Origin: Macrostomum lignano | Lineage: Eukaryota | DNA: 64,000 bases | Direction of reading: 5' to 3' | Assembly: GCA_002269645.1 (NCBI GenBank) | Contig: NIVC01003813.1 | Location: 11,756 to 75,755, forward strand | In this document: positions 51,175 to 64,000 of the stretch, piece after piece | Numbering within the stretch: the stretch's first letter is position 1 | How the letters are laid out: every line of letters starts with the position of its first letter | Made by a program: the position numbers and the translations under genes | The notes under the pieces: model-generated | The model's database searches: none | The model's input: only the letters and a program-made list of their open reading frames with translations | What the model was told of the DNA's origin: nothing

Positions 51175-52261
51175 ACTAGATGTTATTCATAGCATCGTTT
51201 GGGCTGAGCACACTTTGACGAATCAGCGAGAAACAAGCGAAAAATGTTTAAAAAATAGTTGGTTTCATCCTAAATTTTTGTTTATTTATTCGTGCTTGTC
51301 TGTGCTAATATAATTGAGAATGCCTAACTCTCCTTATGTCTTAATTAGAGCACCGCACCCGCCCGGAATTCTATCTAGAAATGGTAATGCCTCGCATTGA
51401 ACAATAAATCGTTCTTTTAGTGTTTTTAGCTAAGAAAAATACCTTGGGGGCCAGCTTATTGACTCTGGCTGCCTAGCAGTTGTAAGTAGTATGCGCCGCA
51501 AATTAATACCAAAATAGAATGCAGGAAAATGTCAGTTATTCTGCTAATAGAAGTGCATGCGTTACTGATAAAATAATCGGCATATGAAAACATTATTCTA
51601 CATTTATTCGGCTTTCCAAATATCCTCAGTTTATTAATGTAATTCGCTAATTAAATACCATCTTCCCTTCTAATGAGGATATTTAAATTAAGTAGCAAAA
51701 TCTAACCAGTGTATTAAACTTATCCGGTCAATGTACATGATTTGTTACTTGTTCAAGTAGTAATATAAGTAGCATCTTGTATATTGCGCTTGTTTAAGTA
51801 TATAAATTTGCCTGCTCCTCTTAAAGCTAACCAAGCGTATAGTCGTGTAGCAACCGTTTTTTTGCCGTGAATTGGCTCTGGAAAAATTTCCAGGATTAGT
51901 TATTACCCTGTCTCACTTCGTCATGCGTCTGTCATACTCTTAATTATTGCCCTCTTATTTGATTGTTGATCTCGCTTCCTGGGACAGTTACACAATAGCT
52001 AAGCTGGGTGCACTGAATTGATGTTCGTCTTTGTACCTTCTACTATTTATATAATAGTTATTGTCCTGGATCCATAATCCATAATCCATGGTTCCCTAAT
52101 CCATTCTTCTGTTTTTCCTTATTATCTTTTTTGTCTTGGGCTTAGAGAAAACAATTTGTTTGCTATTAAGCTTTGATCACAATTGCAGTAGTTTTTGTCT
52201 TATGTTTATTTATGTTCTTTGTTTAGTCGAGTAAGTTAATCTTTTTTTAGAAACGTCCACC

Positions 52262-53045
52262 AGCATTCAGCAACCTGTAGAATCACCCACAAGCAACCTC
52301 TAGAATCGCCCTAAATCAACCTGTAGAATCGCCTTAAAGCAACCTGTAGAATCGCCTTAAAGCAACCTGTAGAATCGCCCTAAAGCAACCTCTAGAATCG
52401 CCCTAAATCAACCTGTAGAATCGCCTTAAAGCAACCTGTAGAATCGCCTTAAAGCAACCTGTAGAATCGCCTTAAAGCAACCTGTAGAATCGCCTTAAAT
52501 CAACCTGTAGAATCGCCCTAAAGCAACCTGTAGAATCGCCCTAAATCAACCTGTAGAATCGCCCTAAAGCAACCTGTAGAATCGCCTTAAAGCAACCTGT
52601 AGAATCGCCTTAAATCAACCTGTAGAATCGCCCTAAAGCAACCTGTAGAATCGCCCTAAAGCAACCTGTAGAATCGCCCTAAAGCAACCTGTAGAATCGC
52701 CTTAAAGCAACCTGTAGAATCGCCTTAAAGCAACCTGTAGAATCGCCCACAAGCAACCTGTAGAATCGCCCACAAGCAACCTGTAGAATCGCCCTAAAGC
52801 AACCTGTAGAATCGCTCACAAGCATCCTCCAGAATCGCCCACAAGCAACCTGCAGAATCGCCCACAAGCAACCTGTAGAATCGCCCACAAGCAACCTGTA
52901 GAATCGCCCTAAAGCAACCTGTAGAATCGCTCACAAGCATCCTGCAGAATCGCCCACAAGCAACCTGTAGAATCGCTCACAATCATCCTGCAGAATAGCC
53001 CACAAGCAACCTGTAAAATCGCCCCAAAGCAACCTGTAGAATCGA
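52262..53045. repeat. 22-bp minisatellite (aagcaacctgtagaatcgccct)
   Basis: Directly visible, ~35 copies, ending ~30 nt before the MCPH1-like ORF. Confidence 0.95.
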
Positions 53046-53073
53046 ATTTATATGTTTATTTGTTCTATACCTA

Positions 53074-56000
53074 ATGTTGCAGGCTGCCACGGCTGTGCGG
53101 TCACACGCCGTAACAAACGGCAGGGCTACGGCCCCGATAGAAATCCAGTCCGATTCAGAATCTTCCTCATCTGGTCTAGTCGCCGAAGCTGCCGCACCAA
53201 CATCGACTCCCGTAGCAAAAACGTCAGAAGCAACCAAGTCAGTGGATAATGAGTCGGCGGAACCCTTTGATCTTAGTCGCCTGCTGACCGGCGTAAGATT
53301 CTACGTTGAAATTCGTCAAGGTATTGAAGATCGCAGCGAAGGCATTGCCGAAGAGATGACCCGTCTGGGCGCAAGCATTAGCGACCGGGTTAATTTAAGC
53401 GTCACTCACATTCTCTATCGTGCTGGTAGAAAAAAGACTCACGATTTTGCTGTTAAGCACGGCATTCCAATGGTCTCTGTAAGCTGGCCCTTAGCCTGCA
53501 TTAAAGCTAAACGTCAAGTTAGTCACGAACCGTTCCTGCTCCCAGCTGGCGCTTGGTCAGCGGACGACAACTCAGCTGGTGGCACATCGTCGCCTCTGTT
53601 GAATCAGCTGCGCAAGCAGAGGCGTCGGTTTATGCAGCCTGGACTCGACCCGGAGAAGGAGCTTAAGTCTAGCGCGGATCGTTTGCGTAGAAAGCGCATG
53701 AAAACTGCGGTTGTAGATTCGTTGAAAATTGCCTGCCAGAAGTCGGCTGAGGAGTACGCCAATTTCAACGATAATTATTATCTATCCGTGAAGCTTCGCG
53801 TTCCAACGACACCGCCATCGATGAAAGAGCTCCAAGAACGTTTAGACCAGCAGCGACGCGACGGTATTCGATTCAACGGCAGTCTGAGCGACTCGTCATC
53901 TGTTGGCAGCGACGTTGAAGATGGTGACGAAAATCGGGATGTTGTTGGACGCGACGACAAAAAGTCTGTCGATGAGGATTCTAAGAAACCTGCTGTCATC
54001 CTTGCTCCCGAGACGCCAGCTCAGGAAAATGAAGCCAATATTGTTGTTGAGACAACGCCTGTTCCTCAGTTATCGTTGGAACCCGAACCCGCGCCAGTAC
54101 CTGCGCTAGAACATGCGCCAGAACCTGCAGCAGAACCCGCGCCACCTCCCCAGCCAGCTGCCGTGCCACTTCGCCCGCGTCCTGGCAAGCGTCGTCTGTA
54201 CAACGCCGAGACAGACGATTTTTGTGCATCATTCTCCGACTCTCTGTCTAGTTCGCAAGCCTCATCAGTAGAATTGCGTAATTTAGACGATGCAACCCCA
54301 TCTGGTGTTGCTCGTCGGCGAACTAGCAGTCGCCGTCAGTCATTATCGTTAAAAGCTTCATCAAACACGACAGCAATGACGCCTGTGAATTCTCGATCTC
54401 GACGATCGCGTTCTTCGCAGTCGCCGAACGATTCTGCGCGCGTTGTTTCCTGCGTTAGTTCGGCCGAGCAGCGGCGCTACAATCGGCAGAAGCGCAGTTT
54501 AATGATGCTTCAAAACGAAAAGTCAGTCGCTAATCTGGCTACCAGTGAAGCTACCACGTCAAAGGCGCCGTCGCAAGTGCCGCCTCCTCGACGGCCATTC
54601 GACGGCATTGAATTGCCATCTCCAACGGCAACAATCGGAAACGATTCGTCGCCAATAAATTTGACTCATAAAACTGGGGCTCAAGATAAACGGCCAAAAT
54701 ATCGCCGACTCTATACGGCTGAAGACGATGAACTATCGGAGCCGACCGATTCTCCGGCTACAGCCGATCAGGTAGCCTGTTATCGTGCATTTCCAAAGCC
54801 TGTGCTACGCTTGCTAGCTCAAAAAAGCAACAATCAGGCTGCTAAATTGTGTATGGCTCCATCGCCTAGTCAGGTCGTTGCCAATTTGCCCGGTCGCGGC
54901 GGCAGCGGAACCAATGTGAAACGAACTGGTTCTACTGGTGCCGTTAAAAAAGTCTCAAATATTAGTCATAATCATCGATTCCGTTTTGGTCCTACTAAGC
55001 CCAACTGCTTGGTAGCTCGGCAGCTGCCCGCCGTAATGACATCCGATTTTGGCGAATTGCAGACGGGCCTAGCGGCTATATTGAAAACCAATGGTCGCTT
55101 TGAAACGCCTCCTGCGCAGCAGCAGAAGCCGCCTCCGTCTACTGGATCACTCTCGCAAGAAGCAGCCTCTAGTTCGCAGCTATCAACGGCTTCGTCGATT
55201 CGAAAGTCGATTCTTCAATCGGCTAGCACTAGTAAAGACTCGCAGCAGAGACAGTCTCGTAGAATCACATTTGCCGCTAATGTTGACGTTGCCAGTATCG
55301 AGTCCATTGCGAATCGATCGTCGGCGCCTTTAAAGTCGTCTTCTTCCGTTATTCCCGTTTCCGCCGTTGACACCCCCACTACTCCTACTTCGACAACGCC
55401 TCAAGCGTCATCGGCAACGCCTCAAGCTTCATCGGCACAGACTTCTACGCCTGTCATGTCATTGTCAACAACTTCAAAAGTTTCGGAACAGCTGGTTGCT
55501 CGAAATTCGTCTCCTCGCGTTGCTTTGTGGGATATTCGCTGTCAGTCGAATCTAGATAAAGAAACTCGCAGCTTGTTATCAAAAGCACAAACTGCGGCTT
55601 CTGCCAATCCTGTCACTCTGTTAGACATTGCCGAAGAATCGTCCGGTGCAAAGTTAACGCCGCAGGCTGCTACAGATGCATCTGCTTCTGCCGCATGCTC
55701 GCAAGCTTCTACAGCATCCGACACATCTGGTATGGGCATTCTCGACGCTTGCAATAGTGAATCTACAAACAAAACTACCAAGCCTCGTAGTGCTAATAAG
55801 AAGTCACCTGCGCCTCCATCGTCAGTTCGACGCATTAGCGGTCGGAGGCAGTCAGCAACTACTACTACTACTACTACAGCGTCAGGCTTGTCTATTATTG
55901 AAAGTTCTTCGTACGCATCGAGTGTTACATCTACTGCTACTACTACTACTACTAGTAGTAGGACTGTCAGCCAACCAGTTCAACGAACATTAAAGCGACG

Positions 56001-57103
56001 CCGATCTCAACGGAACTTATCAACTGGCAAAACTGCCGTAGAAACCAATGTCACCAGCAAAGATAAAACTAACAAAAAGAATAGCACTGGTTCGTCTAGC
56101 CAGATTAGTCAGGCTAGCCAGGCTTGCAGCTCTACTAGTACTAATTCTGTACTGTCGCGTCGATCTTTAGACGATTTTCAATTGCCATTATTATCAGTTA
56201 GCTGTCTCAGTTTCGAGCAGCGTCGTACGGTTCAAAGAGCATTGGGTCGCATGCCGGAGACTTACAGTCTGGTGACGGTATGTTCTTGCTTTCCTATTAG
56301 AACTTTTATTAGTAATGCATTTATATTAGTAGGAACATCAGCTAGAATTGCCGCCACCAATGGCATTTAAAAGTTGCAAAAAGAGCCAATCGTCGCAGTA
56401 TAGCAACTTCCGTAATTTACGATCGTATGGTTAAAATAGTTTATTTCTTGAGTCGCAATTTTAGCAATAGCTGTCCTAATGTAATTGACCCCCCTTATTA
56501 TTAGTAGCTTTATCGTTAATTAAATCATATTGTTTTTATTTACTCCCTCTTCAGTCGGAGACGCTGTCGTCGAATACAGCCGTGCTAGTGACTTGTAATC
56601 CACCCAAGCGGACATTGGCTCTGCTCTCCGCACTAGCTTACAGTGTGCCTATAGTTAGCATCGATTGGATCATTGACAGTTTGGCTAAACGCTCCTGGCT
56701 GCCAATGAATAGCTACAGTGTGGCTCAGCAGGCCAGTAGTTTGGCTTCTAGAGTTGCGCATGATTGTTCTTCTTCGTTAACTGCTACTAAAGAGAAGAAG
56801 CGATCGAAACTGTTTGCTAAGCTTGCCGAAATGTACATTGCTCCATCGTTGACCGGCCTCGATCGGGCGCAGTTGCTCAAGCTAATTCGTGCAGCCGGAG
56901 GTCGCACTGTTGATAGCTATCGATCAGCTCCAATATGCATTGGCTGTTGCCGATCAAATGCTATGTCAGTGTGTCCGCTATGGCTAATTGATTGCGTATT
57001 AATTGGTCGAGTTCTACCAGACAAAGCCTATCCAGTTAAGGATTCTAATTTGGCTATTAGTGTCGATTCGCATGGAACCATTGTTGGGAAAGTGTTCGTC
57101 TAA
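53074..57103 (+). CDS. MCPH1: Microcephalin-like protein (N-terminal BRCT, long S/T-rich linker, tandem C-terminal BRCTs), ~1250 aa
   Basis: Exons 53074(?)-56277 and 56555-57103 (GT-AG, phase 0). BRCT1: VRFYVEI...LGASISDRVNLSVTHILY...VSVSWPLAC. BRCT2: PKRTLALLSALA...VSIDWIIDSLAKRSWL. BRCT3: LIRAAGGR...WLIDC. The 5' end is uncertain. Confidence 0.85.
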
Positions 57104-57350
57104 TATACCTGTGTTTACTTTAGTTTTAGTTTTTCAAGCCAATCTTTATCCCGTTCAAGCTTTTCTGCTGGCCTGTAGCCTTTTATGTTGGCGCTCACGC
57201 ATTGCTAACGCGTTTCGTATTCAAGTCTACTTTTCAAAATATTTGTCGTCTTCTCTTCAAACTTTAAACGCAAACAATAAAAAACATTATTTAATCTCCC
57301 GTTTCTAAATACATTGCAATATGTATCTTTAAGCCGATTAAAACTAAACC

Positions 57351-57457
57351 CAAGGACTACTTAAGTAGACGGAAAATACAACTTTGGATGTGTTTTTGGG
57401 TGGCAAAAACCCGCCTCAAACATTTTCTAGGAAACATAGTTACTTAAGTAGGCCTTG
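57351..57457. mobile_element. 107-bp MITE-like element
   Basis: 17-bp inverted ends caaggactacttaagta / tacttaagtaggccttg (1 mismatch). Flanks actaaacc / actaaagc match 7/8 as a candidate 8-bp TSD. Confidence 0.6.
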
Positions 57458-58874
57458 ACTAAAGCGCGCACAAGTCCTAAGCTTTTAAATGGGTTTTGGG
57501 ATGCCGGCCTAGGGGTAGAAAACTGTTAGCCGGTTTATGGTACGGTCGACTAGAAAAATCGATAAGCCTCAAACCCCTGGCACGCGCTTTGTGTTTATAG
57601 TACGTGACGGGGGGGACTGGGGTAAGGAGCCTAAAAAATCGATAAGCCTCAACCGTCCTGCACGCGCTATGGGGCGGGTTGGAGGTGAGGTGGCTGTCCA
57701 AAAAAATCGATAATAAAATGTCTCATCTTTTTAATGTGCTGTTGTGTCACTAGTGCAACCCTTTTATCCGTTACTTTTACAACCAAACTATATAAGCTCT
57801 AATTGGTACCCGTTAATAAAGTAGATAAGCAATTAAAACATTTCCTTTGGCTTTTTACCAATATTGTACCCTCATTTTGTCTCTACCAGTTTGTAATTCT
57901 GTTCCGCTAAACGACCGCAATTACGCAAGACAAGAAAAAAATTCACAGCAAATATGTTAGTCATTTTTACATGCGTTTAGTATCTGCTACATGTATTCCA
58001 TCCAAAAGTACAACTATAGTTACTTTCTTGGGTGCTTGTAAGCATTTATTTTTATTAATTTATTTGTTGCTTTAGAAAACTCGTTGCGTTTATATATTTT
58101 GCTGCATATTTTGTTTGCTTTTATTCTGCAACTATTTTTTGTTTCATTCTTCAGCTTCTTCAATGCAATTATCAGTTATCAGCTTGCCCAGTTTTTCTGC
58201 TTAGGTACTATGTTCATATAGTATTAATAGTTGCTTCATATGCTTCATATTACAGTTTATTTTACGCAGTGCTTTTCCCTGATTGTTTGCCAAATTAATT
58301 TAATTCTGGTTTAAACTATATTTTATATAATTTTATCTGTTTCGTTTTACAGCTTTTTAAGTTTGTAATTTGCATATGCCGGTGTTCAAGATCATTCTTT
58401 TCGCCAAAATTATGGCATTGGTATCGTTCCAACTATGCTTTTTCAGTTCCTTCAGACAGCTTAATTTCAATGCTGGCCAGTTTCTTCTTTCGCGTGTTTG
58501 TTTTAATTTTCCGGTTGATTTCCGGTCCGCTGCTGCTTTGGTGCTTTTTTCTGTTATTGTGTACTCAGTTTCAGTTGTTATAAATAAAGCTGCTTGCTAA
58601 TTCATACTCATCAAGTAATTCTGCTTTTAATTAGCATTGCCTTTATTTTCTTGCCTACTGATTTCAGCTGATTTGGAAAGCGTTATTTACAGGCTTAATA
58701 GGACAACTCGATGAGTGCTTTGTTTGTACTTCAGCTTTAAAATAGTTTTAATCATAAACAGTGCCACTTCTGTTATGACGGCTCTTTAAGCTACTCGTAG
58801 TAGTTATATAATCGTGTCTTATTTAGGTTGACTTGATTTTTAGTAGGGATGGAGTCTGAATATCCATCTATACT

Positions 58875-58907
58875 CAACATCTGTCTGTCTATCTATCTAT
58901 CTATCTG

Positions 58908-58942
<35 letters not shown>

Positions 58943-58949
58943 GTCTATC

Positions 58950-58984
<35 letters not shown>

Positions 58985-59101
58985 GTCTATCTATCTATCT
59001 GTCTATCTATCTATCTATCTGTCTATCTCTATCTATCTATCTGTCTATCTATCTATCTATCTGTCTATCTCTATCTATCTGTCTATCTATCTATCTATCT
59101 G

Positions 59102-59182
<81 letters not shown>

Positions 59183-59184
59183 GC

Positions 59185-59222
<38 letters not shown>

Positions 59223-59223
59223 G

Positions 59224-59279
<56 letters not shown>

Positions 59280-59297
59280 ATCTATCTATCTATCTGG

Positions 59298-59330
<33 letters not shown>
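58875..59330. repeat. (CTAT)n microsatellite
   Basis: Directly visible. Confidence 0.97.
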
Positions 59331-59331
<1 letters not shown>

Positions 59332-59462
59332 CAGCTTTTGTCTGAATTGAGAATCCAGACTCCAGCTACACCAATCCACAGCCCATGATTTCAAGCTACC
59401 AAAATCCCCCATCCTATACACGCGTATGAAAATGCCAAAAAATCGCGTCGCCACCGCTGCTC

Positions 59463-61832
59463 ATGCATTCCTCGGGCTCATCTCTCTATTCGAATCCGCC
59501 GCCGCCGGGCGTGAGTCCGGCCGAATATCAGCAGCGCTGGACCTCGGCGGCTGCTGTTCCGCCTCCGCCTGTACCGCCGCCGGGCTACGCCCACCTGGTC
59601 CCTGGCGGTCATCACCTGCATCCGTTGCGACCGCCTGTGCCGCCAACTTCGTCGGCCAGCGCTGTTGGAGCGAGCTCTGCCGAACTGGAAGCATCTCGGC
59701 GTTGGGTTAGGTTAGTGGCTTTTATTAACTTATTTTGTCTAGTTAGTAGACTTTGCCTCTTGAAGTTTCAGCATTGATTGTAGCTTCTGGGTTCTAGCAG
59801 CTTCAGGCCTTTAGGTAACTGTAGGGTTGCCTCAGATATTCAGACTTCAGTTGGGTACGGTAGTTTCAGGCATTCCGCATTAAGAGTAGGTAGCTTCAGG
59901 TTTACCGTCTTTAATTTGAGAATAGCTTCAGGTAGGGTAGGTAGCTTCAGGGTGCGGGTAGGTAGCTTCAGGGTGGGGTAGGTAGATTCAGGGTGGGGGT
60001 AGGTAGCTTCTGGTTTACCGTCTTTAATTTGAGAATAGCTTCAGGTAGGGTAGGTAGCTTCAGGGTGGGGGTAGGTAGCTTCACAGTGCGGGTAGGTAGC
60101 TTCAGGGTGGGGGTAGGTAGCTTCACAGTGCGGGTAGGTAGCTTCAGGGTGGGGTAGGTAGCTTCAGGGTGGGTAGGTAGCTTCAGGTGGGGTAGGTAGC
60201 TTCACAGTGCGGGTAGGTAGCTTCAGGGTGGGGGTAGGTAGCTTCAGGGTGGGGGTAGGTAGCTTCAGGGTGGGGGTAGGTAGCTTCAGAGTGCGGGTAG
60301 GTAGCTTCAAGGTGCGAGTAGGTAGCTTCAAGGTGGGGGTAAATAGCTTCATGGTGGGGGTAGGTAGCTTCAGGGTGGGGGTAGGTAGCTTCAGAGTGCG
60401 GGTAGGTAGCTTCATGGTGGGGGTAGGTAGCTTCAGGGTGGGGTAGGTAGCTTCAGGGTGGGGTAGGTAGCTTCAGGGTGGGGGTAGGTAGCTTCAGGTT
60501 TACCGGCTTTAATTGAGAATAGCTTGAGTGTGGGGTAGGTAGCTTCATGGTGGGAGGTAGCTTCAGGGTGGGGTAGATAGCTTCAGGGTGGGGTAGGTAG
60601 CTTCGAGTTGGGTAGGTAGCTTCAGGTTTACCGGCTTTAATTTGAGAATAGCTTGAGTGTGGGGTAGGTAGCTTCAGGGTAGGGTCTAGCTTCAGGTTTA
60701 CCGGCTTTAATTTGAGATTGAGAATAGCTTAAGGGTGGGGGTTAGTAGGCTCAGGTTTACCGGGTTCAATTGGTAATTTGCTTCAGGTAGGGTAGGTTCA
60801 AGTTTCTTCTTCACATAGGGTAGCTTCAGGTTCAGGTTTTCCGGCTTTAGGCAATGCAGCTTCAAGCAGCAAGCAGACCTTCAGGCTTCGGATAAGTTGG
60901 CGTCAGGTCTTTTAACTCATGGAGCTTCAGTCTAAAGTGCTGGCTCTGTGTTTAGATTAAACTAAACCCTCATATATACCAGCTACTACCACCTAATGCA
61001 TTGCCAGCGATCTCAACGAAGAGGTCCAACGATTAACAGCCGAATTGGCCACTGCTCAGACAGCTAATGCCAGTTTAAAAGAACGATTAAAAGATGAACA
61101 GCAAAGGAATTTGGAGAAGACGCTGCAGTTACAGGTGAGTTCGTGTTGTTGTTTTAGGTCTTGGTACTTGATACGACTATCTAGATCTGTTGTTGAGTAG
61201 AACACCAAGACTTCAATTCTGAATTTTAAGTATGAAAATTAATAATAGTGGCCTTTTGTTGTTTATTGTACTGAAAGTAGAAACAATATTATATGCTTAC
61301 AAAGTAAAACCCACCACAATTCGGCAAACAGGAGCAGAACGAGTCGGAGGCGAAGTGCGAGCAGCTCCAGGCCAGCCTGACGGAGACTCAAACAGCATTA
61401 GATGAGATCAAAGCCAAATTGGCCAAATGCCGCTGTCAGGCAAATCTTAGCAGTCAGACAAACCATGACAGCAATCCAAGTGCAGACGAAGGCTTATCAG
61501 CCATGCTGGAGATTAAAGACAGTATTATTGAAAAGCAGCAGGCCTTTGTTAAAGAATTGGAGCGTCGAATGTCCGAGGCTGATAAACAGGTTGGTCTGGC
61601 GTATTATATAGCTAACCATTGCATCTCTGGTGTCAAAGGCGTTTTCGAACCAGATTTTATGTTGAGCAGGGCGCTAAAAATTACTGATTTTATTCGATTC
61701 CCTTGGCAGGCACATTTATTTGGGGGCTTGGTGGAACGATTCGTCACCATTGATGCCCCCCCCAGGCAGAGAGTAAATGCCTGACGATTAGAAAGTTTAT
61801 ATCAGTGCGTGCCTGTGTACAGTATTTGTGCG

Positions 61833-61864
<32 letters not shown>

Positions 61865-62278
61865 CCTGCCTGTCTGTCTGCCTGTCTGTCTGTCTGTCTT
61901 AGTGTCTGTCTGTCTTAGTGTCTGTCTGTCTGTCTTAGTGTCTGTCTGTGTCTTAGTGTCTGCCTATCTGTCTGTCTGTCTGTCTGTCTGTCTTAGTGTC
62001 TGTCTGTCTTAGTGTCTGTCTGTCTTAGTGTCTGTCTGTCTGTCTTAGTGTCTGTCTGTGTCTTAGTGTCTGCCTATCTGTCGCTGTCTGTCTGTCTGCT
62101 AGTCTGTCTGTCTTAGGTCTGCCTGCGCTGTCTTCTGCCTGTCTGTCTGTCTGTCTTAGTGCTGCCTATCTGTCTGTCTGTCTGTCTGTCTGTCTGCCTG
62201 TCTGTCTGTCTGTCTTAGTGTCTGCCTATCTGTCTGTCTGTCTGCCTGCCTGTCTGTCTGTCTGTCTGTGTCTGCCTA

Positions 62279-62325
<47 letters not shown>

Positions 62326-62506
62326 TAGTGTCTGCCTATCTGTCTGTCTGTCTGCCTGCCTGTCTGTTGTCTGTTGCCTGCCTGTCTGTCTGTCTGCCTG
62401 CCTGTCTGTCTGCCTGCCTGTCTGTCTGTCTGCCTGCCTGTCTGTCTGTCTGTCTGCCTGTCTGCCTGCCTGCCTGTCTGTCTGTCTGTCTGTCTGCCTG
62501 TCTGTC

Positions 62507-62542
<36 letters not shown>

Positions 62543-63408
62543 GCCTGCCTGTCTTAGTGTCTGTCTGTGCTCAGGAGTCAGTGGAATGGGCAGGATTGCC
62601 TCATCGCTGGTCGTACGATGTCGCCGAAGGCATTGCCTCACGCAGTCCACATCTCTCCTGCGAACATTTTTATTTATTTATTTATTTATTTATTTTTTTA
62701 TTTTACTTCCAAACGGACAGTCAAAGGTAAGTAGTTATGAGATATTCAGAACAGTACCTATGGCGCACTTTCTTATGCTACCTGCATTTTCAATTAAATA
62801 CATTACAGAACCGTCAACAAGTAGCAGCTATAGAAGCTGAGCTGGCCACTGCTACAGCTGAGCTCAACCAGAAAGCTGAGCAGCTCGAGTCCGTACTGTT
62901 CCCAGACAATGATAACAACAGCGAGGCCTGCTCAGCTAATGATGACAGCGAAAATCGGCGAGCACAATACTGCCGTCAAAAACTCGATCAACTCCGCGCC
63001 GAATTGGCCGAGTCAAAATCTGAGCTGGACAAAGCCAAGTCTGACTGCCAGTCGTTAACTGCTCAACTGCAGTCCGCTCTTGATGATGTTGCCAAGCTGC
63101 GAACTGTCCAGCAATCCGCCGACGACTCGGCCGCCAAACTGGCCAAGCTGAGCTCTGAATTGGAGAATCTGAAGCAGTCCAACTCGGATCTGGCTGCTCG
63201 CGTCGACTCCGGCGAGGTGAAAATTCGCGATCTGAATTCGTGCTGGCTTACAGGCAGCAGCTGGTGGATTCGGCCAAGTCTGAGACAGCCGAGGCGCTGC
63301 GGCGTCTGGCCGAAGCCAAGGCCGACAGCGAGGCCAAGGCAGCGAGAGCTGACGCAGCCGCTGCCGAGCTGGACACGATGAAGGGCCGCTGCTGCAGCTT
63401 GAGGAGAA
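59463..63408 (+). CDS. Uncharacterised Pro-rich N-terminus / long coiled-coil protein, 3'-partial; two apparent 1-nt deletions in exon 4
   Basis: Exons 59463-59710, 61008-61134, 61332-61589 and 62809-63408 join in frame (phases 2, 0, 0), with heptad-like helical sequence. Frame breaks at ~63240 and ~63389. The gene continues beyond donor gtgagt at 63409. Confidence 0.75.
59885..60800 (+). repeat. G-rich ~21-24-bp minisatellite (gtaggtagcttcagggtgggg) in intron 1 of the coiled-coil gene
   Basis: Directly visible, with an interspersed tttaccg..tttaatttgagaatagc cassette. Confidence 0.93.
61835..62570. repeat. (TCTG)n microsatellite, intronic
   Basis: Directly visible. Confidence 0.96.
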
Positions 63409-63422
63409 GTGAGTAGCTATGA

Positions 63423-63453
<31 letters not shown>

Positions 63454-63457
63454 CGTA

Positions 63458-63533
<76 letters not shown>

Positions 63534-63800
63534 CGTGTGTCTGTCTGTCGTGTGTCTGTTTGTCTGTCTGTGCCGTCTGTCTGTCTGTCTGTCCGTGTGT
63601 CTTTCTGTCTATGTCTGTCTGCCTGTCTGTCTGTTGCTCTGTCTGTCTGTCTGTCTGTCTATGTCTGTCTATCTGTCTGTCTGTCTGTGTGTCTGTCTGT
63701 CTGTCTGTCTGTCCGTGTGTCTGTTTGTCTGTCTGTGCCCGTCTGTCTGTCTGTCTTTCCGTGTGTCTTTCTGTCTATGTCTGTCTGCCTGTCTCTCTGC

Positions 63801-63832
<32 letters not shown>

Positions 63833-63862
63833 CGTGTGTCTTTCTGTCTATGTCTGTCTGCC

Positions 63863-63917
<55 letters not shown>

Positions 63918-63940
63918 GTCTGTCTATCTGTCTGTCCTTT
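63423..63940. repeat. (TCTG)n microsatellite, intronic
   Basis: Directly visible. Confidence 0.96.
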
Positions 63941-64000
63941 CTCCTTGTGCTTCCTTTTTCACACACCCCAGCTGTCCTACTAACAGTAGTATTACTTGTT

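Noticed and set aside
57530-57715. Three spaced aaaaatcgata(agcctcaa) direct repeats downstream of MCPH1
   Set aside because: Probably subterminal repeats of a decayed transposon. No boundaries or TSD could be defined.
59385-59462. Upstream ATG in frame with the coiled-coil gene, interrupted by TGA at 59427 (readthrough or Sec idea)
   Set aside because: No homology or SECIS evidence; a short uORF or chance explains it.
63225-63410. Programmed ribosomal frameshifting in the coiled-coil gene
   Set aside because: No slippery heptamer or stimulatory structure is evident. Both lesions are 1-nt losses from doublets, typical of sequencing error.

Overview
Eukaryotic (metazoan) genomic window, not prokaryotic. 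The spliceosomal GT-AG genes and dense mini/microsatellite arrays most resemble a flatworm such as Macrostomum (inference, not proven). I reconstructed nine protein-coding loci by hand, with splice phases checked. These are a probable terminal exon of a single-pass membrane protein; two tandem intronless GT32 (DXD) glycosyltransferases, the second broken by one in-frame TAA; PIG-C (3 exons); GTDC1/QTMAN (2 exons, one frameshift); an LC3/ATG8 protein with a long Cys-rich C-terminal tail; RAD23 (4 exons); MCPH1-like (3 BRCT); and a partial coiled-coil gene with two apparent 1-nt deletions. Most long ORFs in the track are artefacts of tandem repeats. Mobile DNA includes hAT-type MITEs with exact 8-bp target duplications, a decayed mariner-like transposase, a possible Merlin remnant and a tRNA-derived SINE-like element. 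The most unusual signal is that several intronic minisatellites are built from splice signals. RAD23 intron 3 is 11 tandem 43-nt units, each shaped like a GT-branch point-AG mini-intron; 9 junctions are AG|GT, while two copies lose the AG and two lose the branch motif. RAD23 intron 2 is a tandem array of 3' splice sites. Several start codons are closely preceded by 3' splice sites, suggesting spliced-leader trans-splicing and possible operons.
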